Shown here one piece after another: positions 47,431-59,630 of a stretch of DNA of 64,000 nt. The position numbers and the translations under genes are program-made. The notes under the pieces were generated by a model. It was not told the DNA's origin and ran no database searches. It worked only from the letters and a program-made list of their open reading frames with translations. Every line of letters starts with the position of its first letter. Within the stretch, counting starts at the first letter, position 1. Source of the DNA: Mobula hypostoma (taxonomy: Eukaryota); NCBI RefSeq assembly GCF_963921235.1, contig NC_086097.1, positions 57,848,001-57,912,000 of the forward strand. The letters run 5' to 3'.

Positions 47431-49436
47431 CCTCCCCTTTTGATTAATGTAACATAAAGCTATATATGTAACAAAACATTCAATTTCCCTTTAACAAACC
47501 ATATTCATATAAGCATGCTTTCACAATAACTGTCCATAACTAACTTCACTATACTAAAGATTCACTTATGACAATGTCGGGTCATTCCTTCTTTCTCTTT
47601 GTATTTCAGAATTTGTAACTAGCAACTGGTCCACCAATTCTGTGTGAAATACCTCTGCTGGGACACGGAATGAAGATTTCTCTTCTTCAGATGTTAACAA
47701 TGGAAGATATGACAAAGCATCAGCATTGCTGTGTTGTTTGGTACCCTTGAACTCTATGTCAGAAGGGGTGGGCTCTTGGGAAAATTGCTCAACGTTGTAA
47801 CTGGGTAGCAGGCATCACTGTGGTTCCCTTCCTGGGTTTGAAAATGGACACAAAGGGCTGGTGGTCTATCACTAGAGGAAACGTTTGTCCATAGAGATAG
47901 TGGCGGGACTTCTTCAGTGCCCATACAAGACTAAGGGCCTTTTGGGCGACCTATGTGTTGCTGCATTCTGCACTCTCCAGTGATCTTGAGGCAAACAAAT
48001 TGGACATTCAGATCCGTCTTTCATAGTGTGTGACAAAATGTCTCCAATGCCGTAAAGGGACACATCACACACCAGTCTGATGGGCACAGATGGGTCATAA
48101 TCGGTGAGTAGTTCATCTGATGTTATTAGTCTTTGTATTTCCTTGAATGCTCTTTCACATCTTTCTGACCATTCCCACTTCGCTCCTGTCCATAACAGTG
48201 TGTTCAATGAGTGCAGCACTGTAGAAATGTTCGGGAGAAACTGGATGTGCTTTATGGAATCTCGGTGTTGCTGCTTCATCCAGTTCAATTCTGGCCTTTA
48301 TGCCTTTGAGTTTAGCAATACCCTTCTCAAACACCTTCTCATTAGCATTAAGCTGCTGTGACAGTCTTTGGTTACTGCTACCACTTGGGCTGCAGTTGCC
48401 TGTTGATAATATATTGCGAACTTTGATTGTGTGCCAGTCCAGTTGGATTTTTCTCAACCATTCATATTCGGAAAGTGCTGGTCCTCCACTTTTCAAAACA
48501 TAAAGCTCTAACTGCTGTGTTTTGCCTCCGTATGTCACCTTTACTTTCAGTTTGCCTTTGGGAGACGTTTTTTCACTTGTGTAGCTCTTTAGCATCACTG
48601 AGGTCTTCTCTAATAGTAGCTTAGAAAACAGTATATTGTAGTCAGTCTCTGAAGTTACAGGTAAAACTGACCCTGTATCCAGCTCCATTTTTAGTTTCAC
48701 AACAGACACATTTATTGTAATCCATATGAATTTGCGATCTCCTTCAGTAATAGTATGCAGTTCCAGGCATGACATCTCACTTTTCTTGAACCCTGTGTTG
48801 TCTGATTCAGTCACTTTGAGTATTTGTTTAGTTTTATGTTTGAACTTTTTCATTCTGGTTTTTCTCTTTGATTGTGCTTTTTGTCTGACTTGCACACTCC
48901 CTTTATGTAACCTTGTCAGTGACACTTTCTGCAAACATTTTCTTTGAAACAGGAGTCATTTGCATCATGGGAGGATTTGCCACATCATAACATTTTTGGC
49001 TTTTTGCATAATTCAAGGTCATTGTGTGTATTTCACATTCTAAATTCTTTTTCTGTAGTTCTGTTGCATCATGTGCTGCAGTCTCTAGCAATAATGCAAT
49101 AATCAATACCCGTTCTAAGGTTAGGTCTCTTTCTGACAGTAGCCTCTTTTGAGTGCTTTGACTATGCATGTCACATACAAGCCTGTCCCTTAATGCTTAG
49201 AAGGTCCATTTCTAAAGTCACAGTACTGGGAAAATCTGTGCAGTTCTGCAATGTATTCAGAAATGCTTTCATTCTTTGACTGGTTCCTTTTGTGAATCTA
49301 AATCTCTCAGTTATTACTAGTGGTTTAGGGCTCAACTGATTTTGTAAAATTGCAACATTTTCATCGAACGTCTTGCTTGCTGATTTTTCATGAGTTATTA
49401 AGTTGTGGAAAAGCACCCATTAAGCTAAGAAGTGTG

Positions 49437-51337
49437 CTCCTGCCCCACCGAACTCGTTTCTGCATACCTCGACACTGTTTTATCAGCCCTTGTTCAATCC
49501 CTTCCGACCTATGTTCGTGACACTTCTCACGCTCTTAAACTTTTCGATGATTTTAAGTTCCCTGGCACCCACCGCTTTATTTTCACCATGGATGTCCAGT
49601 CCTTATATACTTCCATCCCCCATCAGGAAGGTCTCAAAGCTCTATGCTTCTTTTTGGATTCCAGACCTAATCAGTTCCCCTCTACCACCACTCTGCTCCG
49701 TCTAGCGGAATTAGTCCTTACTCTTAATAATTTCTCCTTTTACTCCTCCCATTTCCTCCAAACTAAAGGTGTAGCTATGGGCACCCGTATGGGTCCTAGC
49801 TATGCCTGCCTTTTTGTTGGGTTTGTGGAACAATCTATGTTCCGTGCCTATTCTGGTATCTGTCCTCCACTTTTCCTTCACAACATCGACGACTGCATTG
49901 GCCCTGCTTCCTGCACGCATGCAGAACTCGTTGACTTTATTAACTTTGCCTCCAACTTTCACCCTGCCCTCAAGTTTACCTGGTCCATTTCCGACACCTC
50001 CCTCCCCTTTCTAGATCTTTCTGTCTCTGTCTCTGGAGACAGCTTATCCACTGATGTCTACTATAAGCCTACTGACTCTCACAGCTATCTGGACTATTCC
50101 TCTTCTCACCCTGTCTCTTGCAAAAACGCCATCCCCTTCTCGCAATTCCTCCGTCTCCGCCGCATCTGCTCTCAGGATGAGGCTTTTCATTCTAGGACGA
50201 GGGAGATGTCTTCATTTTTTAAAGAAAGGGGCTTCCCTTCCTCCACTATCAATTCTGCTCTTAAACGCATCTCCCCCATTTCACGTACATCTGCTCTCAC
50301 TCCATCCTCCCACCACCCCACTAGGAATAGGGTTCCCCTGGTCCTCACCTACCACCCCACCAGCCTCCGGGTCCAACATATTATTCTCCGTAACTTCCGC
50401 CACCTCCAACAGGATCCCACCACTAAGCATATCTTTCCCTCCCCCCCCTCTCTGCATTCCGCAGGGATCGCTCCCTACACAACTCCCTTGTCCATTCGTC
50501 CCCCCCATCCCTCCCCACTGATCTCCCTCCTGGCACTTATCCGTGTAAGCGGAACAAGTGCTACACATGCCCTTACATTTCCTCCCTTACCACCATTCAG
50601 GGCCCCAAACAGTCCTTCCAGGTGAGGCAACACTTCACCTGTGAGTCGACTGGGGTGATATACTGCGTCCGGTGCTCCCGATGTGGCCTTTTATATATTG
50701 GTGAGACCCGACGCAGACTGGGAGACCGCTTTGCTGAACATCTACGCTCTGTCCGCCAGAGAAAGCAGGATCTCCCAGTGGCCACACATTTTAATTCCAC
50801 ATCCCATTCCCATTCTGACATGTCTATCCACGGCCTCCTCTACTGTAAAGATGAAGCCACACTCAGGTTGGAGGAACAACACCTTATATTCCGTCTGGGT
50901 AGCCTCCAACCTGATGGCATGAACATTGACTTCTCTAACTTCCGCTAGGCCCCACCTCCCCCTCGTACCCCATCTGTTACTCATTTTTATGCACACATTC
51001 TTTCTCTCACTCTCCTTTTTCTCCCTCTGTCCCTCTGAATATACCTCTTGCCCATCCTCTGGGTCACCCCCCCACCCTGTCTTTCTTCCCGGACCTCCTG
51101 TCCCATGATCCTCTCATATCCCTTTTGCCAATCACCTGTCCAGCTCTTGGCTCCATCCCTCCCCCTCCTGTCTTCTCCTATCATTTTGCATCTCCCCCTC
51201 CCCCTCCAGCTTTCAAATCCCTTACTCACTCTTCCTTCAGTTAGTCCTGACGAAGGGTCTCGGCCTGAAACGTCGACTGCGCCTCTTCCTATAGATGCTG
51301 CTTGGCCTGCTGCGTTCACCAGCAACTTTGATGTGTG
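49437..51337 (+). mobile_element. Young Penelope-like element (RT plus GIY-YIG), 5'-truncated, 15-bp TSD
   Basis: MDVQSLYT, KGVAMGTRMGPSYA, NIDD, VIYCVRCSRCGLLYIGETRRRLGDRFAEH; one frameshift at the poly-C near 50441; TSD aagctaagaagtgtg at 49422-49436 and 51338-51352. Confidence 0.96.
51242..51279 (+). ncRNA. Minimal type I hammerhead ribozyme in the PLE pLTR
   Basis: Stem I UAGUC / CUGACGA / A-GGGU-cucg-GCCU / GAAA-CG-UC^ / GACUG; palindromic ACGU in place of stem III; predicted cleavage after 51274. Confidence 0.8.
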
Positions 51338-51376
51338 AAGCTAAGAAGTGTGGAGGTTTTCTTTTCCTCATTCATA

Positions 51377-54300
51377 AGGCCATAAGATATAGGAGCAGAA
51401 TTAGGCCATGTGGCTCATCGAGTCTGCTCTGTCATTTCATAATGGCCGATCTAATTTTCCTCTCAGCTCCAATCTCCTGCCTTTCCCCATATCCCTTCAT
51501 GCCCTGATCAATCAAGAATCTATTAATTTCTGCCTTAAATATACATAAAGACTTGGCCTCCACAGCTGCCTATGGCAAAGAATTCCACAGATTCACCATT
51601 CTCTGGCTAAAGATATTCCTTCTCATCTCTGTTCTAAAAGGACAACCCTTTGTTCTGAGGCTGTGTCCTCTGGTCATAGACTCTAACACCAGAGAAAATA
51701 CCCTCTCCATATCCACTCTATCAAGCCCATTCACCATTCCATAGGTTTCAATGAGGTCTTCCCTCATTCTTCTGAATCCTAGTGAGTAGAGGCCATCAAT
51801 CACTTTTCATATGACAAGCCATTCAATCCTGGAATAATTTTTGTGAACCTCTTTTGAACCCTATCCAATTTCAGCAAATCCTTTCTAAGATAAGGGGCCC
51901 AAGCCAACTCACAATGCTCCAAGTGAGACCTCATCAACTCACATTACTCCGAGACTTCATCAAAATTTCATAAAATTTCAACATTACATCCTTGTTTTTC
52001 TATTTTATACTTGAAATGAATGCAAAAATTGCATTTGCCTTCCTCACCACAGACTCAACTTGCAAATTAACCTTTAGGGATTCCTGCACAAGCACACCCA
52101 ATCATTTGCACCACAGTTCTTTGTATTTTCTTTCCACTTAGAAAATAGTCAACCCTTTCATTTCTTCTACAAAAGTACATGACCACACACTTCCCAACAC
52201 AGTATTCCATATGCCATTTCTTTGCCCATTCTCCAAATCTGTCTAAGTCCTTTGGTACCCTCTCTACTTCCTCAAAACTACCTGCCCCTCCACCTATCTT
52301 CATATTGTCTGCAAACTTTGCAACAAAGCCATCAATTCTATCATCCAAATCATTCACATATAACATAAAAAGAATCGGTCCCCACACAGACCCCTGTGGA
52401 ACACCACTAGCCAGTAAAAACTCCATTTATTTCCACTCTTTGCCCCCTGCCAAACAGCCACTGCTTTATCCATGCTAGAAGCTTTCCTGTAATACTTGTA
52501 AAGCAGCCTCATGTGTAGCACCCTGACAACATCAACCAATTCTCCATTGTCTATCCTGCTTGTTATTCAAAGAATTTCAACAGAATTGTCAGAGAAGATT
52601 TGTCAGAGGAAACCATGCTGACTATGCCCTATTTTATTATGTGCCTCCAAGTACCCTGAGACCTCATCCTTAATAATTGACTCCAACATCTTCCCAACCA
52701 CTGAGGTCAGACCAACTGGCCTATAATTTCCTTTCTTCGGCCTCTCTCTCTTCTTGAAGAGTGGAGTGACATCTGCAATTTTCCAGTCTTCTGGAACCAT
52801 TCCAGTATCTAGTGATTCTTGAACGATCATTATTAATGCCTCTGCGATCTCTTCAGCCACCTCACGTTCAGAAGTCTGGGATGTACACTATCTGGTCCAA
52901 GTGACTTATCTACTTTCAGACCTTTCAGTATCCCAAGAACCTTCTCTCTAATTAAGGTAACCACTCACTTTATGACAATTGACACTTGGAACTTCCAGCA
53001 TGGTGATCCAGCAGTCTGATATCCACCCTTGCCTCTCTTTGACATTTTATGTATCTGAAGAAACGTTTGGTATTTTCTTTACTATTATTGGCTAGCTTAT
53101 ATTGAAGTCTGCCATGTCTGTTGTAACATTGCTCTTTTGGCATACTTTTTCTATCTCCCATTGTAATTTGTAGGCTAGATCCTTACTACTGTTTGGGGAT
53201 TTGTATGCAACTACCATCAGGGTCTTTTTACCCAAGCAGCTCCTTAGCTCTATCCACAATGATTCAACACCTTCTGACGCTATGTTATCTCTTTCTAATA
53301 ATTTGATTTCATTTTTTACCAACAGAGCAACACTACTCCCTCTGAATTCCTGCCTCTTTTGATACAATGTGCATCCTTGGACATTAAGCTCCCAGCTATA
53401 ATCATTCAGCTATGATTTAGTGATGCCTACAACATCATACCTGCCAATCTGGAATTGCAGTGCAGTACCTTATTCCGTATACTGTGCACATTCAAATACA
53501 ACACCTTTACTCCTGTTTTTACCCTTTTCAGTTTTGTCCACCTTTTATATTGCAACTCATCCTGTTGACTGCAATTTTGCTACAGCCTCTATCAACAGCT
53601 TCTCCTCACTACATTTTGCCACTGTTTGTAAACCAGCTACCTCATCTTCAGCACTGTCATCTGCCTTTCCTACAATATTTCTTGTATTGAAATTCAGGCA
53701 GTTCAGGACACTAGTCGCACCATGTTCAACCTTTTGATTCCTGTCTTTGACTGAGGTCTTACCAACAGCTCCCTCCACAACCTCTCCAGTAACTGTTCTG
53801 GCACTCTGGTTCCCACCCCCCCCCCCCACAACTCTAGTGTAAGGGGTTTCTTCTTTTATGTTACTGCGTAGGCTAATCAAAATGGCTTCTTTGTTATGTT
53901 AACTGTTGAGAAATTTCTCTCACTAGCAGCTTGTTTGGGTTATAGAGTGAGTTGGACTCAGTTGCTAACCAATTGGGATAGACGTTATTTTTACTTGTGT
54001 GTCTGTAAGCTATTGTGGTGCGTGGATGTTTGGGCAGAAGGTGTGATGGGGAGAGAGAGAGTGGACGTGATGCTGTGAGCGGCCGATGGGACAGACCCCG
54101 AGCTAGAGTCCGAGGTCCAGGGTCTTTGGCGAGGAGAGGAGATGAAGACAGACTCATGTGGAGCGTCTGGTCGACCACCATGGTTGGCCCCAGGCGGTGG
54201 GTCGAGGTGGTCAGAGGGGATCGAAGGGTGAAAAGGGGATCGTTACTAGAGCTCCAACTGTTGTGCACGAAGAGGTTGAACTTTGATAAGTTTGGCGCCT

Positions 54301-54860
54301 TTTACTTTCCTTTTATTTTTTATCTCTATTAATTATATAGTTCCAGTAATATCTATAAATTGTAATCATTTAATCGTATATGGTGTAGTGTCTTGTTATT
54401 TGGCAGGGTGGGGTACAATCACATAGCATCCACACAAACTTGATTACCCAATTTGGCGGGGCTGAAGGCTGCTTCTCCTAGACGACAGCGAGCTGAGGGG
54501 GAGGCTTACCAGAGGGTACACTAGTTAAACCCACCATGCAGAATTAACAAACCTTCCCACCAGTATATTAGTAATTTTCCAGTTCAGGTGCAAACTGTCC
54601 CTTCTGTAAAGGTACCACCTTCCCTGGAAGAGAGCCCCATAATCCAAACATCTTATGCCCTCCCTCCTACACCAACTCATAGCCATGTATTAAACTGTAT
54701 AATCTTTCTAGTTCTGGTCTCACTAGCACATGGCACGGGTAGCAATCCTGAGGTCACAGTCTGGAGGTCCTGCCCTTTAACTTAGCACCTAACTCCCTGC
54801 ACTCCCTATTCAGAACCTCGTCACTTGTCCTACCCATGTCATTGCTACCTACATGGACCA
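51377..54860 (-). mobile_element. CR1 LINE inserted in the Gypsy gag
   Basis: ORF1 HVGSNDMG, APE LWIELRSCLGKK, RT NYRPVGLTSVVGK and GVPQGSVWGP; tail at 51377. The Gypsy gag resumes at 54861. Confidence 0.9.
53838..54520. mobile_element. Solo LTR (683 bp) with 4-bp TSD
   Basis: TGTA..TACA termini; CTAG at 53834-53837 and 54521-54524; inserted at the CR1 ORF1/ORF2 junction. Confidence 0.9.
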
Positions 54861-55775
54861 TGTCACTCACGTTACAATGAAGTTCAACCCTCTCGATATA
54901 CAATTCCCAGTCCTCAGTAGCACAGTCAAATTTGTCAGCTTTCCCAACTAAGGCCATCATCACATTATTTTCACTTTAACTTTGCTAGTTGCTCATCTCA
55001 CGCATCCTTTTGTTAGCGTCTGTGACGGCCTTCTCCGTACTGATTCACTCTTTCCTCTCTCTGTCTCTCTCCCTTCCTCTGAGTTCTGTTGTCCCGTACG
55101 AACATTCAGGTTTGTACTTGTTGCCAATCTGATGTGTCTGTACAACTACATATCTGTAAGGGGGTTTCAATTAAATAAAAGCACATATGTGGAGGTGAGA
55201 TTCACTTTGTAGCCAGAGAAAGAACACAGATCAATGTTATTAGTCAGTAAGTACTACTAAGGGGAGTCATTGTGCTAAAAGAAAAAGATCTATACATTAC
55301 AATAAATCACACCTGTCTCTGTGTGCAGATCTGGCGAGGCAGCCAGTGGAAACAATGGACTCAGGTTAAACCGTATGACTCACCTTCTTGTCACCCTCGC
55401 AGACAGAATAAGGGATCAAGTCCACACAGTAACAATGTCATTGCAGGGAATTTAAATGAAGAACACCACCCTGTAACTTTACATATATCCGGGCCTGGTG
55501 GAAACAGACTTGTGGATGAAAGAGTGGGAATGCAAATGCAGAAGACAGAGTGCGTGTCTGCAAGCCATGAACGGTGTGTTAAAGTATAATGGTTCCTGTA
55601 CTTTGTAATAGAGGCTGGTTCTCTGGGGGAGATGGTTGCCATGACATGGAATGTGAACTATTGCCTGTGATCCTGAACCTAGTTACCTTGCTGGTGCCCC
55701 TGCACACAGAGCAATTACTGAGCTTTAGCTACCAGATATTAAAAGGGTGAAGATGAGGATATGTAAACCACAATG

Positions 55776-56422
55776 CACCGGCAGGGAAGGAGGCATGGTC
55801 ATGCATGAACAGGTCATGCTCTCTTCTCGCTACTGCCTTCACGAAGAAAGTACAGGAGCCTTAGGACTCACACCACCAGGTTCAGGAACAGTTACTATCC
55901 TACAACAAATGGGCTCTTGAACCTAGTGGCATAACTTCACGCAATTTCACTTGCCCCATTGTTGAAATGTTCCTGCAACCTATGGACTCTGTTTCAAGGA
56001 CGCTTCGTCTCAGTTTCCTCCTCCTGTAGTCAATAATCAGCTCTTTGGTTTAGCTGACATTGAGTGAGAGGCTGTTGCCATGGCAACACGCTGCTAGATT
56101 TTCCGTCTCGCTCCTATGTGGTGTTGTCAGCAAACTTGAGTATGTCTTTGGAGTGGTGCTTAGCCACACAGTCATGAGTGTAAAGTGTAAAGCAAGCAAA
56201 CAGGGCACTAAGCACACAGCCTTGTGGTGCACCTGTGCTGATGGAAATTATAGAGAAGATATTATTTCTAATTTGAACTGACTGGGGTTTGTAAGTGAGG
56301 AAATTGAGGATCCAGCTGCACAAAGGGGTATTCAGAACAAGGTCTTGAAGCTTAATGATTAGTTTTGAGGAGATAATTGTATTGAATGCCAAGATGTAGT
56401 CTATAAAGAGCGTTCTGATGTT
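55776..56422. mobile_element. Rex1/Babar fragments in opposite orientations
   Basis: Plus 55800-56010 reads GHALFSLLPS..RFRNSYYP; minus 56015-56420 reads [23 protein letters not shown]. Confidence 0.8.
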
Positions 56423-56423
56423 A

Positions 56424-57515
56424 TGGAGTCATAGAAATATACAGCACAGAAGCAGCCGCTTTGGTCCAACTAGTCCAGGCCGAACTATTTAAACTGCCTA
56501 CTCCCATCGACCCGAACCATAGTCCTCAACACCCCTACCATCCATGTGCCTATCCAAACTTCTCTCAAACGTTGAAATTGCAATTGCATGCGCCACTTGT
56601 GCTGGCAGCTCATTCCACACTCTGATGACCCTCTGAGTGAAGAAGTTTCCCTTCTTGTTCCCCTTAAACATTTCACCTTTCACACTTCACCCATGAACTC
56701 TAGTTGTAGTCTCAACAAAACTCAGTGGAAAAAGCCTGCTTGCATTTACCCTATCTATACCCCTCATAAATTTGTATACTTCTATTAAATCTCACCTTAG
56801 TCATCTGCATTCCAAGGAATAAAGACCTAATCTATTCAACTGTTCCTTAAAACTCAGGTCCTCAACTCCTGGCAACACACTTGTAAAATTCCTCTGTACT
56901 CTTTCAACCATATTTACTTCTTTCCTGTATGTAGGTGATCAAACTGCACCCGATACTCGAAGTTAGGCCTCACTAACACCTTATACAACTTCAACATAAC
57001 ATCTCATCTCCTGTACTCAATACTGTGATTTATGAAGGCCATTTTCCAAAAGCTTTCTTAATGACCCTATCTACCCGTGCAACTTCAATGATTTATGGAG
57101 CTGTACTCCCAAATCCCTTTGTTCTACTGCACTCCTCAGTGCCCTACCATTCATTGTGTAAGACCTGCCCTGGTTGGTCCTGCTGATGGGCAACACCTCA
57201 TACTTGTCTGCATTAAATTCCATCTGCCTTTTTTCAGCTGGCCCACAACCCACTGCAAGCTCTGATAGTCTTTCTCGCTGTAACACTAGCCCCCCCCCCC
57301 CAAATTAGTGTCACCTACAAATTTGCTGAGCCAGTTAACCCCCAGTCTTGATGTGACATGCAAATTTGCTGGTCCAGTTAACCACGTTATCATCCAGGTC
57401 AGTGTTTTAGTTGACAAGCAGCACTGGAACCAGCACCAATCCCTGCGGCCCTCCACTAGTCACAGGCCTCCAGGCACGGAGGTAACCATCAACTACCACT
57501 CTTTGGCTTCTCCCA
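56424..57515 (-). mobile_element. CR1 LINE 3' fragment
   Basis: VTSGGPQG, QMEFNADK, FFTQRVIRVWNELP; tail near 56424. Confidence 0.88.
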
Positions 57516-58842
57516 CTGGATTGGGTGTTACGTAATGAACAAGATATAATTGGAGAGCTGAAGGAAAAGAAACCCTCAGCAAACATAATATAACAGAATT
57601 CACCCTGATTTTGAGAGGGAGAAGATAAAGTCAGATATACTATAGTGGAGTAAAGTGAATTATAGAGACATGAGAGATGAGCTTGGCAGTAAGATGACGG
57701 GAAGGGGATACTAGCAGTGATGACGGCAGAACAGCAATGGCTGGAGCTTCTGGGAGCAATTCGGAAGGCACCAGATAGATACACCCACCCCAAAGATAAA
57801 GAAGGATTCTATAGGGAGGATGAGACTGCAGTGGCTGACAAGGGAAGCAAAAGAGAGGGCAAATAGCAAAACGTAGTGGGAAGTTAGATGATTGAGAAGC
57901 TTTTATAAACCAACAGAAGGCAGCTAAAAAAGCCACAAGGAGTGAAAAGATGAAATATGAAGATAAGCTAGCCAATAACTTAAAAGAGGATATCAAAATT
58001 ATTCTTGTGTATTAAGAATAAAACAGAGGTAAGAATGGATATTGGACCACTGGAAAATGATACTGGAGAGGTAGTAATGGGAGACAAAGCAATGGCAGAT
58101 AAACTTACTAAGTATTTTGCCTCAGTGTTCACTTTGGAAGACATGAGCAGTATACCTGAAATTCAAGAGTGTCGGGAGCAGAAATGAGTGTAGTTGCTAT
58201 TACTAAGGAGAAGGTGCTTGGGAAGCTGTAAGGTTGGAAGGTAGATAAGCCATCTAGGCTTGATGAACTATACCTCAGGATTCTGAAAGAGGTAGCCAAA
58301 GAGATTGTGGAGGCATTATTAATGATCTTTCAAGAATCACTAGATTCTGAAATGGTTCTGGAGCACTGGAAATTTGTAAATGTCAGTCCACTCTTCAAGA
58401 AGGGAGGGAGGCAGAAGCAAGGAAATAATAAGCTAGTTAGCCTGAGTTCAGTGGTTGGGAAGATGTTGACATCCACTATTAAAGTTGAGGTTTCAGGGTG
58501 CTAAGAGGCACATGATAAAATGGGCCAAAGGCAGCATGGTTTCCTAAAGTGGACACCTTGCTTGACAAATCTGTTGGCATTCTTTGAGGAATTAACACGC
58601 AGAATAGACAAAGGAAAGTGGTGTTCTGAAGGGGTCAGTGTTCAGACCCACTTCTTTTCACATGTGTTCATGATTTGGATGAAAGAATTGATGGCTTTGT
58701 GGCCAGGTTTGTAGACAATATGAAGGTAGATGGAGTCTGCAGAAGGACTTAGATAGATTGCGAGAATGGGCAAAGAAGTGATCGATGGAATATAGTGAAG
58801 AGGAGTGCACGATCATGCACTTCAGCAGAAGGAATGAAGGCA
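57516..58842 (+). mobile_element. CR1 LINE ORF2 fragment with internal deletions
   Basis: IGPLENDTGE, IFQESLDS, QHGFLK..CLTNLLAFFEE. Confidence 0.85.
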
Positions 58843-58947
58843 TATTTTTGTGCCTCCAATTCTCCGTTGGTATTCCTATGTATAACTCTATGTGGGATCC
58901 TGCTGTTCCTTCGCACCTAGGTTAGGTCAATGCCAGTGCTTACCGTC

Positions 58948-59480
58948 CTAAGCATGGCCTGGATGGTGGGGATCCTTCATGACAGATGCTGCTTTCCTAC
59001 AACAATGCTCTGTGTAGATGTGTTCAATGGTATGGAGGGCTTTAATCATCGTGGACTGGGCTGTATCCACTACTTTTTGTAGGATTTTCTCTTTAAGGGC
59101 ATTGGTGTTTCCATGCCATGCTGTGATGCATCCAGTTAATATACTCTCCACCACACATCTACAGAAGTTTGTCAAAGTTTCAATGTCATGTTGAGTCTTC
59201 GCAAACTTCTAAGGAAATAGAGGAGTAGAGGAAGGTGGAATTTTCTTTAGCTGGGGGTTAGTGAATCTGTGGAATTCATTGCCATGGACGGCTGTGGAGG
59301 CCAAGTCATTGAGTATATTTAAAGTGGAGATTCATAGGTTCTTGATTAGTCGGAGTGTCAAAGGTTACAGGGTGAATGGTGAATGGTGTTGAGAGGGATA
59401 ACAAGTCAGTCATGATGGAATGGTAGAGCAGACCTGATGGGCCGAATGGCCTATTTCTGTTCCCTATGTCTTATGGCCAT
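58948..59480. mobile_element. Rex1/Babar fragment (minus, 58948-59222) and CR1 3' end (plus, 59235-59480)
   Basis: ESILTGCITAWHG..KDPHHPGHA; 'gggccgaatggcctatttctgttccctatgtcttatgg'. Confidence 0.8.
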
Positions 59481-59630
59481 GCATACTTATACATTAATCT
59501 TTCAAATAACATTTTTTAAATATACATGTAAAATTTAATTTTTAAAAATTATTTCACTACTCTTACGTTTTAAATATTTGAACGCTTAAAAAGCTCTTAT
59601 AAAACATTGACTGCTTTGGTACAAGATGAA

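Larger units (their letters stand above)
45718..55301 (-). mobile_element. gag-pol: Mag-like Gypsy element (copy 2) with 5-bp TSD, hosting further insertions
   Basis: LTRs 45718-45901 and 55130-55301; TSD ATAAA at 45713-45717 and 55302-55306; PBS-like TGGCAACAAG; PPT 47431-47441; gag start MALVGKADKFD..WELYIER; protease MELDTGS; RT core deleted near 48230. Confidence 0.92.
45632..55380 (+). pseudogene. ERV-like integrase C-terminal domain, split (45632-45717 plus 55307-55380)
   Basis: Removing the Gypsy element and one ATAAA copy restores in-frame GDQVVVRQLPEKAGLAPRWIGPQMVLLINHTCLCVQIWRGSQWKQWTQVKPY. Confidence 0.8.
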
